Positions 29,017 through 38,256 of a stretch of 64,000 nucleotides of DNA are shown in pieces. The position numbers and the translations under genes are program-made. A model generated the notes under the pieces. It did no database searches and was not told where the DNA came from. It worked only from the letters and a program-made list of their open reading frames with translations. The stretch spans positions 832,001-896,000 of the forward strand of contig CAWDVR010000003.1 in assembly GCA_963805975.1 (NCBI GenBank), in the 5' to 3' direction. This stretch comes from an uncultured Acidobacteriota bacterium (GTDB lineage: Bacteria; Acidobacteriota; Thermoanaerobaculia; Multivoradales; SZUA-115). Positions within the stretch are counted from its first letter, which is position 1, and the number at the start of each line of letters is the position of its first letter.

Positions 29017-29298
29017 ATGCCGGTGCGGAAGATCCGCGACCTTCACCAGATGGAAGACGCGCTCTGGCGCGAGCCGGGCGATCCGCAGCTCCCGAAGGCG
29101 ATCGCCTCTGTCTGGAGCTTCGCTGCCCGCACTTGTCCGCGGAGCTTCCCTCCGGGCGTATACCGGCACCGGACGATCGAAGATGCAAAGCGCCTGCGGG
29201 AGCAGTGGGACGAGGCCAACTTCCGGGCGCTCTGGGCTCGCCGCGGGGTGCGGCCTGAAGATGTGGTGGGCTCACCGCCCTGGTCCCCACCTCGCTGA
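29017..29298 (+). CDS. Small hypothetical protein (MPVRK...FPPGVYRHRTIEDA)
   Basis: GGAGG RBS; internal echo of the RK/RH-x-x-x-E motif; function unknown. Confidence 0.55.
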   Translation: MPVRKIRDLHQMEDALWREPGDPQLPKAIASVWSFAARTCPRSFPPGVYRHRTIEDAKRLREQWDEANFRALWARRGVRPEDVVGSPPWSPPR

Positions 29299-29360
29299 CC
29301 ACGAAGCGCCAGAGTGCTAATACGCCGCTGGCGCGGCTCCGGATGGTTCTTCCCGGAGTT

Positions 29361-29386
29361 CCATCCGCCCTCCGAAGGGCTCCGTA
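29361..29386 (+). promoter_or_regulatory. Putative ECF (SigK-like) promoter CCATCC-N15-CCGTA upstream of the fasciclin gene
   Basis: Resembles the mycobacterial SigK motif (CCATCC...CCGAA) that controls the fasciclins MPT70/MPT83. Confidence 0.5.
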
Positions 29387-29445
29387 GACCCAGCGAACGG
29401 TCTCCCACCGAGACCATCACCTGGTAAGAGAAAGGACTCTCGGAT

Positions 29446-29997
29446 ATGACGACTCGCAAGAGCCTCTTGGCGTTCCTCTGCACGCTCGCGCTGGCCACGG
29501 CGGCCTTTGCCGCTTCCAATCCCATGGTCGGCGGCAAGGAGATGTTCCCGAGCAAGGACATCATCGACAACGCGGTCAACTCCGCGGATCACACCACCCT
29601 GGTCGCCGCCGTCAAGGCCGCCGGGCTGGTCGACACCCTGAAGGGCCCCGGCCCGTTCACCGTCTTCGCGCCCACCAACGCGGCGTTCGCGAAGCTGCCG
29701 GCCGGCACCGTCGACTCGCTGCTCAAGCCGGAGAACAAGGGCACCCTCACCAAGGTTCTGACCTACCACGTGGTGCCCGGCAAGATGAGCGCCGCCGACC
29801 TCTCGAAGGCCATCAAGGCCGGCAAGGGCACCGCGACGCTCAAGACGGTCGCCGGCGGCTCGCTGTGGGCGATGGAGAAGGACGGCAAGATCTGGCTGAA
29901 GGACGAGAAGGGCGGCATGGCGTCCGTGACCATTGCGGACGTGAACCAGTCGAACGGCGTGATCCACGTCGTCGACACGGTGGTGATGCCCAACTGA
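29446..29997 (+). CDS. Fasciclin (FAS1) domain secreted protein
   Basis: Signal peptide; [47 protein letters not shown]. Confidence 0.95.
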   Translation: MTTRKSLLAFLCTLALATAAFAASNPMVGGKEMFPSKDIIDNAVNSADHTTLVAAVKAAGLVDTLKGPGPFTVFAPTNAAFAKLPAGTVDSLLKPENKGTLTKVLTYHVVPGKMSAADLSKAIKAGKGTATLKTVAGGSLWAMEKDGKIWLKDEKGGMASVTIADVNQSNGVIHVVDTVVMPN

Positions 29998-30129
29998 AGC
30001 AGCGACGGGCGCGCCCTGGTGAGAAGGTCGGGGGCTCGGTCCGCTGGGACCGGGCCCTCTTTGCGTCCGGCGGGCCGCGAGCCGCTATGCTTGAGGAAAG
30101 GCGGCACACAGAGAGAAAGGCGCGGCTCG

Positions 30130-31689
30130 ATGCGGGCTTTCGTGCGGGGGGACGTCGACGGCTTCTTCGGGCTGGCGCTCGACAACCTGGTGCAGCTCCT
30201 GCTGATCGATGCCCTGTGCCGCACGGTGCTGGGCTTCTCCGACGAGCTGCTCTACGCGCGGGTGCTGCCGGCGGCGGCGGTGTCGCTGGTGGTGGGCAAC
30301 GTCTTCTACGCGCGGCAGGCGCTCCGCCTGGCGAGAGAGACGGGGCGGAGCGACGTCTGCGCCCTGCCCTACGGCATCAACACCGTGTCGCTCTTCGCCT
30401 ACGTGTTCCTGGTGATGCTGCCGGCCAAGCTCGCCGCCGAGGCGGCCGGTGCCGCGGACCCGGCACGGGTGGCCTGGCAGGCCGGCCTCGCCGCCTGCCT
30501 GGGCTCCGGGCTGATCGAGCTCGGCGGGGCCTTCGTGGCGGAGCGCCTGCGCCGCGCCACACCGCGCGCGGCCCTGCTCTCGACGCTCGCCGGCATCGCC
30601 CTGACCTTCATCGCCATCGGCTTCCTGTTCCGCACCTACGCCCGGCCGTTGATCGGCTTCACCACCCTGGCGGTGATCCTCCTGACCTATTTCGGCAAGG
30701 TGCGTTTCAAGGGCGGCCTGCCGGGCGGCCTGGTGGCGGTGGCGCTGGGCACGTTGCTCGCCTGGCTGACCGGCGTGGCGCCCGCCGGAGCGGCCCCGGC
30801 CGGCCAGATCGGGTTCTTCCCGCCGGTCCTGGTGCTGGGCGACCTGTGGGCGTCGGTGGCGCGCGGCGACCTCGCCACGTACCTCTCGGTGATCCTGCCC
30901 ATGGGCCTCTTCAACCTGGTGGGCTCGCTCCAGAACCTCGAGTCCGCGGCGGCAGCCGGCGACACCTACCCGACCGCGCCCTCACTCGCCGCCAACGGCA
31001 TCGGCACGCTCGCCGCGGCGCTCTTCGGCTCCTGCTTTCCGACCACGATCTACATCGGCCACCCGGGCTGGAAGGCGCTCGGCGCGCGTGCCGGCTACTC
31101 GACGGCGAACGCGGTGTTCTTCGCCCTCGTGGGCCTGACCGGCACGCTGGGCCTCATCGCCTGGGCCATCCCCGTGGACGCCGGCATGGCGATCGTGCTG
31201 TGGATCGGCCTGGTGATCACCGCGCAGGCCTTCCAGGCCACGCCCCGCGAGCACGCGCCGGCGGTGGTGGTGGGGCTCTTGCCCGGCGTCGCCGCCTGGG
31301 GCGCGCTGATGGCCAAGAACGGCCTGCGCGCCGCCGGCTATGGCGCGCCCGGCGGACCGGCGTTGTCCGAAGATCTGATTCCCAAGTTCCTGGCCTCGGA
31401 CACCTGGATCCACGGCGTCTTCGCCCTGGAGCAGGGCTTCATCTTCACCGCCATGATCCTCTCCGCCGTCACCGTCGCCATCCTGCGCCGCCGCTTCAAC
31501 GTGGCCGCCGGCTGGTGCCTCGCCGCCGCGGCGCTCTCCGCTGCCGGCCTGCTGCACTCCTACCAGTTCACCCCGGCCGACACCGTGGTCTCGCTCACCC
31601 CGGCTTGGCCCTGGGCCGCGGGCTACGCGGTGATGGCGGTGCTGTTTCTTGCCGCGAAGTGGATCACGGTGGAGACGGAGGGGCACTGA
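30130..31689 (+). CDS. NCS2/AzgA-like nucleobase permease
   Basis: [54 protein letters not shown]; many TM helices. Confidence 0.85.
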   Translation: MRAFVRGDVDGFFGLALDNLVQLLLIDALCRTVLGFSDELLYARVLPAAAVSLVVGNVFYARQALRLARETGRSDVCALPYGINTVSLFAYVFLVMLPAKLAAEAAGAADPARVAWQAGLAACLGSGLIELGGAFVAERLRRATPRAALLSTLAGIALTFIAIGFLFRTYARPLIGFTTLAVILLTYFGKVRFKGGLPGGLVAVALGTLLAWLTGVAPAGAAPAGQIGFFPPVLVLGDLWASVARGDLATYLSVILPMGLFNLVGSLQNLESAAAAGDTYPTAPSLAANGIGTLAAALFGSCFPTTIYIGHPGWKALGARAGYSTANAVFFALVGLTGTLGLIAWAIPVDAGMAIVLWIGLVITAQAFQATPREHAPAVVVGLLPGVAAWGALMAKNGLRAAGYGAPGGPALSEDLIPKFLASDTWIHGVFALEQGFIFTAMILSAVTVAILRRRFNVAAGWCLAAAALSAAGLLHSYQFTPADTVVSLTPAWPWAAGYAVMAVLFLAAKWITVETEGH

Positions 31690-31704
31690 GGCCTGGCACG
31701 GCCG

Positions 31705-32457
31705 CTAGCGGCCGGCGCGGAAGGCGTAGCCGCTGAGCGCGGCGCTGGCCCCGCCCGCCTCGACGCCCGCCACCTCGAGCCGGTAGTCGCCGGGCGCGAA
31801 GAAGCGCGCCGGGAAGGTGAGCATCAGCACCTCGAGGGCGTTCGGTTGCAGGCCGGCGCGCCGCAGCAGCACCTTGCCCGCAGCGTCGCGCACGGTGCCC
31901 TCCGCGTAACGCACCGTCAGCGTGTAGCTCGAATAGGCGGGGCCGGCGCCCACGTCCACGGCGAGAGCCACCGGCTTCCCGGCATCGATCGAAGGCGGCT
32001 CGTTCTCGCCCCGCACCGTGGCGAGGAGCAGCACCGGGATCTCGAGCGGCGAGAGGGAGGGCGCCGCGGTCGCCGCCTGGGCCTCGGCCCGGGCCAGGCG
32101 CTCCTCGAGCTCGGCCCGCGCGGCGAGGTGGCGCTCCTCGGCCGCCGCGATCTCGCGCTGCAGGGCCTCGGCGCTCTGCACGCCGCCGGTGATCTCCTGG
32201 CGCAGCGCCGCCGCCGCTCGTTCGAGCCGCCGGTTCTGGGACGAGAACCAGAGCGCCGGGAGCGCGGCGAGCGCCAGGAGGCCGAGCGCCGCTCCCCACC
32301 GCGCCGCCCGGCCGTGCCGCGCCAGCCAGCCGAGCAGACCGGAGACCACCACCGCCCGGCCGGCGGCGGGGCGGTCGGGGAGGATGCCGATGCCGCGGCC
32401 GTAAGCCCGGACCAGGCGGTCCTCGGCTCCGGGCGCGTCGGTGAGGATCGCCGCCAC
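31705..32457 (-). CDS. Hypothetical single-TM protein with coiled coil and Ig-like C-terminus (anti-sigma-like); possibly a deletion chimera
   Basis: TM segment WGAALGLLALAALPALWF, coiled coil, APGDYRLEV C-terminal strand; start uncertain. Confidence 0.5.
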   Translation of the reverse strand: MAAILTDAPGAEDRLVRAYGRGIGILPDRPAAGRAVVVSGLLGWLARHGRAARWGAALGLLALAALPALWFSSQNRRLERAAAALRQEITGGVQSAEALQREIAAAEERHLAARAELEERLARAEAQAATAAPSLSPLEIPVLLLATVRGENEPPSIDAGKPVALAVDVGAGPAYSSYTLTVRYAEGTVRDAAGKVLLRRAGLQPNALEVLMLTFPARFFAPGDYRLEVAGVEAGGASAALSGYAFRAGR

Positions 32458-32621
32458 CAGCTCTTGCGGCGGCTCTCGATCCGGGTCGACGCCCGGGTTC
32501 CGCGAGCCCTCGTCCCTGGCCAGATGATCCCTCTTTCTCGAATGGTGACGGAGACGATCCTAGCAGCCCGTGCGAAGCCGTTCGCTGGCAACCCTCCGGC
32601 CTTCGCTGTAGTGTTCGGCTC

Positions 32622-34661
32622 GTGCCGCCTCGTTCCGCCGCCTCGCTCCGCGTGCTCGACAACTGCTCCCCGCCTGGCGCCAAGAAGGGGCCCCCGAAGA
32701 TGGGGGAGTCGCGCATGGGGAAATGGCGTGCGGCGGCACTCCTTGCCGTCCACGCCGTCATCGCGCTCCACATCGCCCACTGGCTGACCGCCGGCTCGAC
32801 CGTCACCCCGGTCGAGCCTTCCGAGGCCATGGCCTTCGGCAAGGCCGGCGTGGTCAACGCCGGCCTGATCTTCTTCGCCGCCGTCATCCTGCTGACCGCC
32901 GTCTTCGGCCGCTTTTTCTGCGGCTGGGCCTGTCACCTGGTGGCGCTGCAGGACTTCTGCGGCTGGCTGATGAGCAAGATGGGCATCCGGCCGCGTCCGC
33001 TGCGCTCGCGGCTGCTGCGCGTGGTGCCGGCGCTCGCTTTCTTCTACATGTTCCTGTGGCCGGCCGCCTACCGGCTGTGGATCGGCGACTCCTTTCGCAT
33101 CACCGCGTTCGAGTACACCACCAGTCACTTCTGGTCCACTTTTCCCGGCTGGGTGATCGGCGGCCTGACCTTCCTCACCTGCGGTTTCGCCTGCGTCTAC
33201 TTCCTGGGCGCCAAGGGCTTCTGCACCTATGCCTGCCCCTACGGCGCGATCTTCGCCGCCGCCGACAAGGTGGCGCCGCTGCGCATCCGGGTCACCGACG
33301 CCTGTGTGGGCTGCGGCCATTGCTCCTCGGTCTGCACCTCGAACGTGCGGGTGGCGGAGGAGGTGCGGGACTTCAAGATGGTGGTCGACAGCGGCTGCAT
33401 GAAGTGCCAGGACTGCATCAACGTCTGCCCCACGAACGCCCTCTACCTGGGCTTCGGCGCACCGTCGCTCTTCGCCCGCCCGCGGGTCGAGGCCCGCACG
33501 CCGCGCCGCCCGGTCCTCTCCTGGGGCGAGGAAGCGATCCTCGGCGTGGGCTTCCTCACCGCTTTCGCCACCTTCCGGGGCCTCTATGGCATGGTGCCTT
33601 TCCTGATGGCCCTGGGGCTCGCGGGCGTGCTCGCCTACGTGGTGCTCACCACGGTCCGGCTCGTTCGACAGCGCGACGTCCAGCGCCAGGGCCTGGCGCT
33701 CAAGAGCGAGGGCAAGCTGCTGCCGGCGGGCCGGGGCTTCGTCGCGGTGGCGCTCCTCATCGCCGTCTTCTGGGCCCACAGCGCGGCGGTACGGGCGCAG
33801 AGCTTTCTCGGCGAGCGCTCCTACGCCGGCACCGCCGCTCTGCGCCAGCGGGCACTGGACCCCGCCGCGGCGCCGGGCGGCCTGACCGCGGCCGACAGTG
33901 CGCTGGTGGGCGAAGCCCTCGGCCGCTTCGAGCGCGTCCGCTCTTGGGGTCTGTTCGATACCTACGGCGCCGCGTCGAAGCTCTCCTGGCTGTATTTCCT
34001 CGCCGGCTCCTCCGAGCGCGCCGCGGACTACGCGCGGCAGGCGCTGGAGCAGGAGGAGGCGCCCGCCGAGATGCACCAGCTCCTGGCCCGGGCCGCGCTC
34101 GCGCGCGGTGATCTCCCGGTGGCTATTTCCTCGTATGAACAAGCGATTGCCGCCCAGCCGGGCGCGCCGCAGCCCTATATGGCGCTCGGCATGGCGCTCG
34201 CCGGCCGCGGCGAGCTCGCCGCCGCCGGCGCGGTGTTCGACCGCGGGCGCAGAGCGGTGCCGGGTGCGGTGGACTTGGTCTACAATGCAGGACTCGTACG
34301 AGCTCTGCAAGGCCAGACCGACGCGGCGATCACGCTCTTTCAACAAGCCCTGATGGTCAATCCCCGCTATCTCCCGGCGAGAGAGAACCTCGCCGGCGTG
34401 CTGGCCTCCGCCGGCCGCTACGAGGAGAGCGTGGCCCAGTACCGTGCCGCCCTCGAGCAGGCCGGCAACGACTCCGAGACCCGGTTCCTCCTCGCCCGCG
34501 CCCTCGTCGAGCTGGGCCGGCGGCAGGAAGCCGAGGCCGAGCTCCGGCGCGCGCTGGCGATCGACCCCGGCAACGAGAACGCGCAAACCTTGCTCGCAGA
34601 GCTCCACGCCACCGGCGGCGAGCCGCGAGACAACGCCCTATCGCAGGACGGAGCCCAATGA
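32622..34661 (+). CDS. Membrane 4Fe-4S polyferredoxin (NapH/MauN/CcoG-like) fused to C-terminal TPR repeats
   Basis: FGRFFCGWACH and FCTYACPYG CX3C motifs; CVGCGHCSSVC and CMKCQDCINVCP clusters; multiple TMs; TPR helices; start could be 32700 or 32715. Confidence 0.85.
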   Translation: MPPRSAASLRVLDNCSPPGAKKGPPKMGESRMGKWRAAALLAVHAVIALHIAHWLTAGSTVTPVEPSEAMAFGKAGVVNAGLIFFAAVILLTAVFGRFFCGWACHLVALQDFCGWLMSKMGIRPRPLRSRLLRVVPALAFFYMFLWPAAYRLWIGDSFRITAFEYTTSHFWSTFPGWVIGGLTFLTCGFACVYFLGAKGFCTYACPYGAIFAAADKVAPLRIRVTDACVGCGHCSSVCTSNVRVAEEVRDFKMVVDSGCMKCQDCINVCPTNALYLGFGAPSLFARPRVEARTPRRPVLSWGEEAILGVGFLTAFATFRGLYGMVPFLMALGLAGVLAYVVLTTVRLVRQRDVQRQGLALKSEGKLLPAGRGFVAVALLIAVFWAHSAAVRAQSFLGERSYAGTAALRQRALDPAAAPGGLTAADSALVGEALGRFERVRSWGLFDTYGAASKLSWLYFLAGSSERAADYARQALEQEEAPAEMHQLLARAALARGDLPVAISSYEQAIAAQPGAPQPYMALGMALAGRGELAAAGAVFDRGRRAVPGAVDLVYNAGLVRALQGQTDAAITLFQQALMVNPRYLPARENLAGVLASAGRYEESVAQYRAALEQAGNDSETRFLLARALVELGRRQEAEAELRRALAIDPGNENAQTLLAELHATGGEPRDNALSQDGAQ

Positions 34662-35962
34662 TGAACGAGAACCAGAGTATCGATGCCCGGCGCCGCAAGC
34701 GGATCCTCGTCGCCTGTGCGGCGGTCGCGGTGATGGTAGCCGCCACGGCGAGCCTCACGGTCGGGGCCGGCTCCACCGGGCCTGATGTCACCGTGTTCAG
34801 CCTCCCCGCCGCCTTCAACTGGGGATCGAGCGGCGGAGTTCGCGGCTACTCGATCGGCACCACCTCGTGCAACATCGGCGATGCGCCCCTCAACTGGTGC
34901 GACAACGGCGGCGGCTGCGGCGCGGGCACCACGGACGAGGACCATCCCGCCATCGCGCAGAACCTCTACCGGCTGAAGGATGGCCGTTTCGAGCAGCTCG
35001 GCATGAGCTGGCTGAAGCACGGCTTCGTCTCCCTCAACACCAGCTCCGCTGGCTGCGGCGACGGGAGCTGCGACCCTCCGCCGCTCGGCGGCAACCAGCT
35101 CGGCGTGGGCTGCACCGATCCCTATGGCTCGAGCAAGAATGGCGGCCGTCCGCTCGGCCGGCGCTCGGAGGTCAACGCCACGACCGGCGAGTTCCCCTTC
35201 CCCTACGGCACGGGAGGTACTGAGAGCGCGCCTGGCGATCAGCGGGTAAAGGTCCTCGAATCGGAGCTCGACCCGGCGCTCAACGCCGGCGCGCGGTACT
35301 TCCTCGAGGGCCAGTACGTGGCCCCGGACGACGCGGCGGCCGGCAACGGCCTCAACAATGCCTCCTACCGCGAGGTGAGCGTGCAGGCCGGCAGCTTCAA
35401 TCTCAGCAACGTGGGCAGCACCGTGCGCGAGGTGCCGGCGATCGCGGTATGGCCGGTGATCGACCCCACGGTCGAGCTGGTCAACGCGGACACCGCCACC
35501 ACGCCTGTCGAGCGCTTCCACGTGGCGCGGAAGGTGACCACCCCCTCGCCCGGCACCTGGCACTACGAGTATGCGATCCACAACATGAACTCGGACCAGG
35601 GGGCGCGCTCCTTCACCATCACCTTCCCCGGCGCGACCACGATCACCAACGTCGGCTTCCGCGACGTGGACCATCACTCCGGCGAGCCCTACGCGACCAC
35701 GAACTGGGTATCGACCGTGGGAGCCAACGGTGTCTCCTGGGCGACCGACGACTTCGCCACCAACGCCAATGCCAACGCGCTGCGCTGGGCGACGCTGTTC
35801 AGCTTCTGGTTCGACGCCAACGCGGGGCCGGGCAGCGTCTCGCACGCGCTCGGACTGTTCAAGAGCGGCGGCACGCTGGCGGTCTCCTTCCCGTTGCAGT
35901 CGGTCTTCGACGACGGCTTCGAGACCGGTGACACCAGCGCCTGGACCCTGATCGTTCCGTAA
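34658..35962 (+). CDS. Secreted hypothetical protein, paralog 1 (WLKHGF motif; C-terminal VFDDGFETG tail)
   Basis: ATGA overlap with the upstream gene; N-terminal signal; 6 Cys in the mature N-half; strong GC3 coding bias. Confidence 0.85.
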   Translation: MMNENQSIDARRRKRILVACAAVAVMVAATASLTVGAGSTGPDVTVFSLPAAFNWGSSGGVRGYSIGTTSCNIGDAPLNWCDNGGGCGAGTTDEDHPAIAQNLYRLKDGRFEQLGMSWLKHGFVSLNTSSAGCGDGSCDPPPLGGNQLGVGCTDPYGSSKNGGRPLGRRSEVNATTGEFPFPYGTGGTESAPGDQRVKVLESELDPALNAGARYFLEGQYVAPDDAAAGNGLNNASYREVSVQAGSFNLSNVGSTVREVPAIAVWPVIDPTVELVNADTATTPVERFHVARKVTTPSPGTWHYEYAIHNMNSDQGARSFTITFPGATTITNVGFRDVDHHSGEPYATTNWVSTVGANGVSWATDDFATNANANALRWATLFSFWFDANAGPGSVSHALGLFKSGGTLAVSFPLQSVFDDGFETGDTSAWTLIVP

Positions 35963-35976
35963 AGGGGGACGAGGAA

Positions 35977-37281
35977 ATGAGACCGCTCTCGCACCTGCTG
36001 CGCCGGCCCGCGTTCGTCTCCGTGCTCGGGCTCCTGGTGGCCGGTGCGGCCGCGGTCTCGATCCTCCCGGCCACGGCCGGTACGACAGGCCCGGACGTCA
36101 CGGTCTTCACCCTTTCCGGGACCACCAACTACGGGTCGAGCGCCGGGGTGCGCGGCTACTCGATCGGCACCGTCTCCTGCAACCAGGGCGATGCCCCCCT
36201 CAACTGGTGTGACAACACGGGCGGCTGCGGGCAGGGCACCAAGGCCGAGGACCACCCGGTCATCGCCCAGAACCTCTACCGGTTGAAAGGTGGGCGCTTC
36301 GAGCAGATCGGCATGAGCTGGCTGAAGCACGGCTTCACCTCGCTCAACCAGAGCGCGAGCGGCTGCGGCAGCGGCGGCTGCACCGGGCCGCCGCTCGGTG
36401 GCAACCAGCTCGGCGTGGGCTGCACCGATCCCTATGGCTCCAGCCTGAACGGCAGCCGGCCCCTGGGCAAGCGCTCCGAGGTCAACGCCACCACCGGCGT
36501 CTTTCCCTTCCCGTACGGGGGCGGCGGCAGCAGCCAGTCCCAGCCCGCCGACCAGCGGGTACGGGTGCTGGAGTCGGAGCTCGACCCGGCGCTCAACACG
36601 GGCGCGCGCTACTTCCTCGAAGGCCAGTACGTGGCCCCGGACGATGCCGCGGCCGGCAACGGCCTGAACAACGCCTCCTACCGCGAGGTGAGCGTCGAGG
36701 CCGGCACCTTCAACCTCGGCTTCGTGGGCAACACGGTCCGCGAGCAGTCGGCGATCGAGGCCTGGGCGGCGATCGATCCGGGCGTCGAGCGGCTGAACGT
36801 CGACCGCGCGGGGAGCATCCTCCAGCGCTTCGAAGTGGCGCGCAAGGTGACGCACCCCTCGCCCGGCACCTGGCACTACGAGTACGCGATCCACAACTTG
36901 AACTCGGACCACTCGGCGCGCGCTTTCGCCCTGAGCTTCCCGGCGCCCACCGCCGTCACCAACGTGGGCTTCCGGGACGTGGACCACCACTCGGGCGAGC
37001 CCTACGCGGGGACGGATTGGGCCTCGACGGCGGGAGCGCAGGGCGTCACCTGGGCGAGCGAAGACTTCGCCACCAATGCCAACGCCAACGCCTTGCGCTG
37101 GGGCACGATGTTCAGCTTCTGGTTCGACGCCGGCACGGGCCCGAGCGGCATCCAGCACACCCTCGAGCTCTTCAAGCCGGCGGGCGGAGCGCCGCTGCCC
37201 TTCGCCTTCGCGACCGACATCTTCGCCGACGGTTTCGAGACCGGCAACACCAGCGCCTGGACCGAGACGATCCACAAGTAA
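35977..37281 (+). CDS. Secreted hypothetical protein, paralog 2 (WLKHGF motif; C-terminal IFADGFETG tail)
   Basis: GAGG RBS; long blocks identical to paralog 1; both 434 aa. Confidence 0.85.
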   Translation: MRPLSHLLRRPAFVSVLGLLVAGAAAVSILPATAGTTGPDVTVFTLSGTTNYGSSAGVRGYSIGTVSCNQGDAPLNWCDNTGGCGQGTKAEDHPVIAQNLYRLKGGRFEQIGMSWLKHGFTSLNQSASGCGSGGCTGPPLGGNQLGVGCTDPYGSSLNGSRPLGKRSEVNATTGVFPFPYGGGGSSQSQPADQRVRVLESELDPALNTGARYFLEGQYVAPDDAAAGNGLNNASYREVSVEAGTFNLGFVGNTVREQSAIEAWAAIDPGVERLNVDRAGSILQRFEVARKVTHPSPGTWHYEYAIHNLNSDHSARAFALSFPAPTAVTNVGFRDVDHHSGEPYAGTDWASTAGAQGVTWASEDFATNANANALRWGTMFSFWFDAGTGPSGIQHTLELFKPAGGAPLPFAFATDIFADGFETGNTSAWTETIHK

Positions 37282-37288
37282 CGTGCCC

Positions 37289-37309
37289 CCCGCCGCTTTG
37301 GGCGGCGGG
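37289..37309 (+). terminator. GC-rich hairpin after the paralog pair
   Basis: cccgccgc-tttgg-gcggcggg; no U-tract. Confidence 0.35.
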
Positions 37310-37317
37310 ATCGCCAA

Positions 37318-38256
37318 ATGGGCGAGCCCAACCCCGAGCTCCTCGTCCTCGCCGCCGGCCTGGGCTCGCGCTATGGCGGCCTGAAGCAGCTCGAGCCCCT
37401 GGGGCCGGGGGGCGAGGTGCTGATGGACTACGGCGTCTTCGACGCGGCACGGGCCGGCGTCGAGCGCGTGGTCTTCGTGCTGCGCCGCGAGATGGAGCGC
37501 GAGTTCCACCAGCGCCTCGGCCGGCGCTATGCGCGCCGGCTCGAGGTGGCCTACGCGTTCCAGGAGATCGACGACCTGCCGCCGGGGTCCGCCGTGCCCG
37601 CGGCGCGCACCAAGCCCTGGGGCACGGCACACGCGGTGCTGTCCGCGGAGCAGGCCCTGCGGGCGCCCTTCCTGGTCGCCAACGCCGACGACTTCTACGG
37701 TGCCGAGGGTTTCCGCCTGTTGGTGCAGTTCCTGCGCCGGGGGAGTGGAGGAGGGGCGGGCGAGGGGGCACTGCGCTTCGCCATGGTGGGCTTCGAGCTG
37801 CGGCGCACCCTTTCCGAGCACGGGCCGGTGTCGCGCGGGGTCTGCGAGGTGACCGCCGAGGGGTTGCTCGCCTCCGTGGTCGAGCACACGGCGCTCGAGC
37901 CCTGGGGCGATGGTGCCCGCGAGGCGACCGCCGGCGGCGGCTGGCGCACCTTCACCGGCCGCGAGCCGGTGTCGCTCAACCTCTGGGGCCTCACTCCCGG
38001 CATCTTCCCGGAGCTCAGCGAGCGCTTCGAGCGCTTTCTGGCGGCGCGCTCCGCCGACCCCAAGGCCGAGCTCTACCTGCCGGCGGTGGTCGACGAGCTG
38101 ATCCGTGAGCGGCGGTCCACCGTGACCGTGCTGCCGTCGTCGGCACAGTGGTTCGGGGTCACCTACCGCGAGGACCGCGAGCGCGTGGCGCGGCACCTCG
38201 CCGCTCTGGTCGAAGCGGGGGAGTACCCGGCTCCGCTCTGGGACGGAGCGGCGTGA
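37318..38256 (+). CDS. Sugar-phosphate nucleotidyltransferase
   Basis: LAAGLGSRYGGLKQ, KPWGTAHA, NADDFYG, WFGVTY. Confidence 0.9.
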   Translation: MGEPNPELLVLAAGLGSRYGGLKQLEPLGPGGEVLMDYGVFDAARAGVERVVFVLRREMEREFHQRLGRRYARRLEVAYAFQEIDDLPPGSAVPAARTKPWGTAHAVLSAEQALRAPFLVANADDFYGAEGFRLLVQFLRRGSGGGAGEGALRFAMVGFELRRTLSEHGPVSRGVCEVTAEGLLASVVEHTALEPWGDGAREATAGGGWRTFTGREPVSLNLWGLTPGIFPELSERFERFLAARSADPKAELYLPAVVDELIRERRSTVTVLPSSAQWFGVTYREDRERVARHLAALVEAGEYPAPLWDGAA

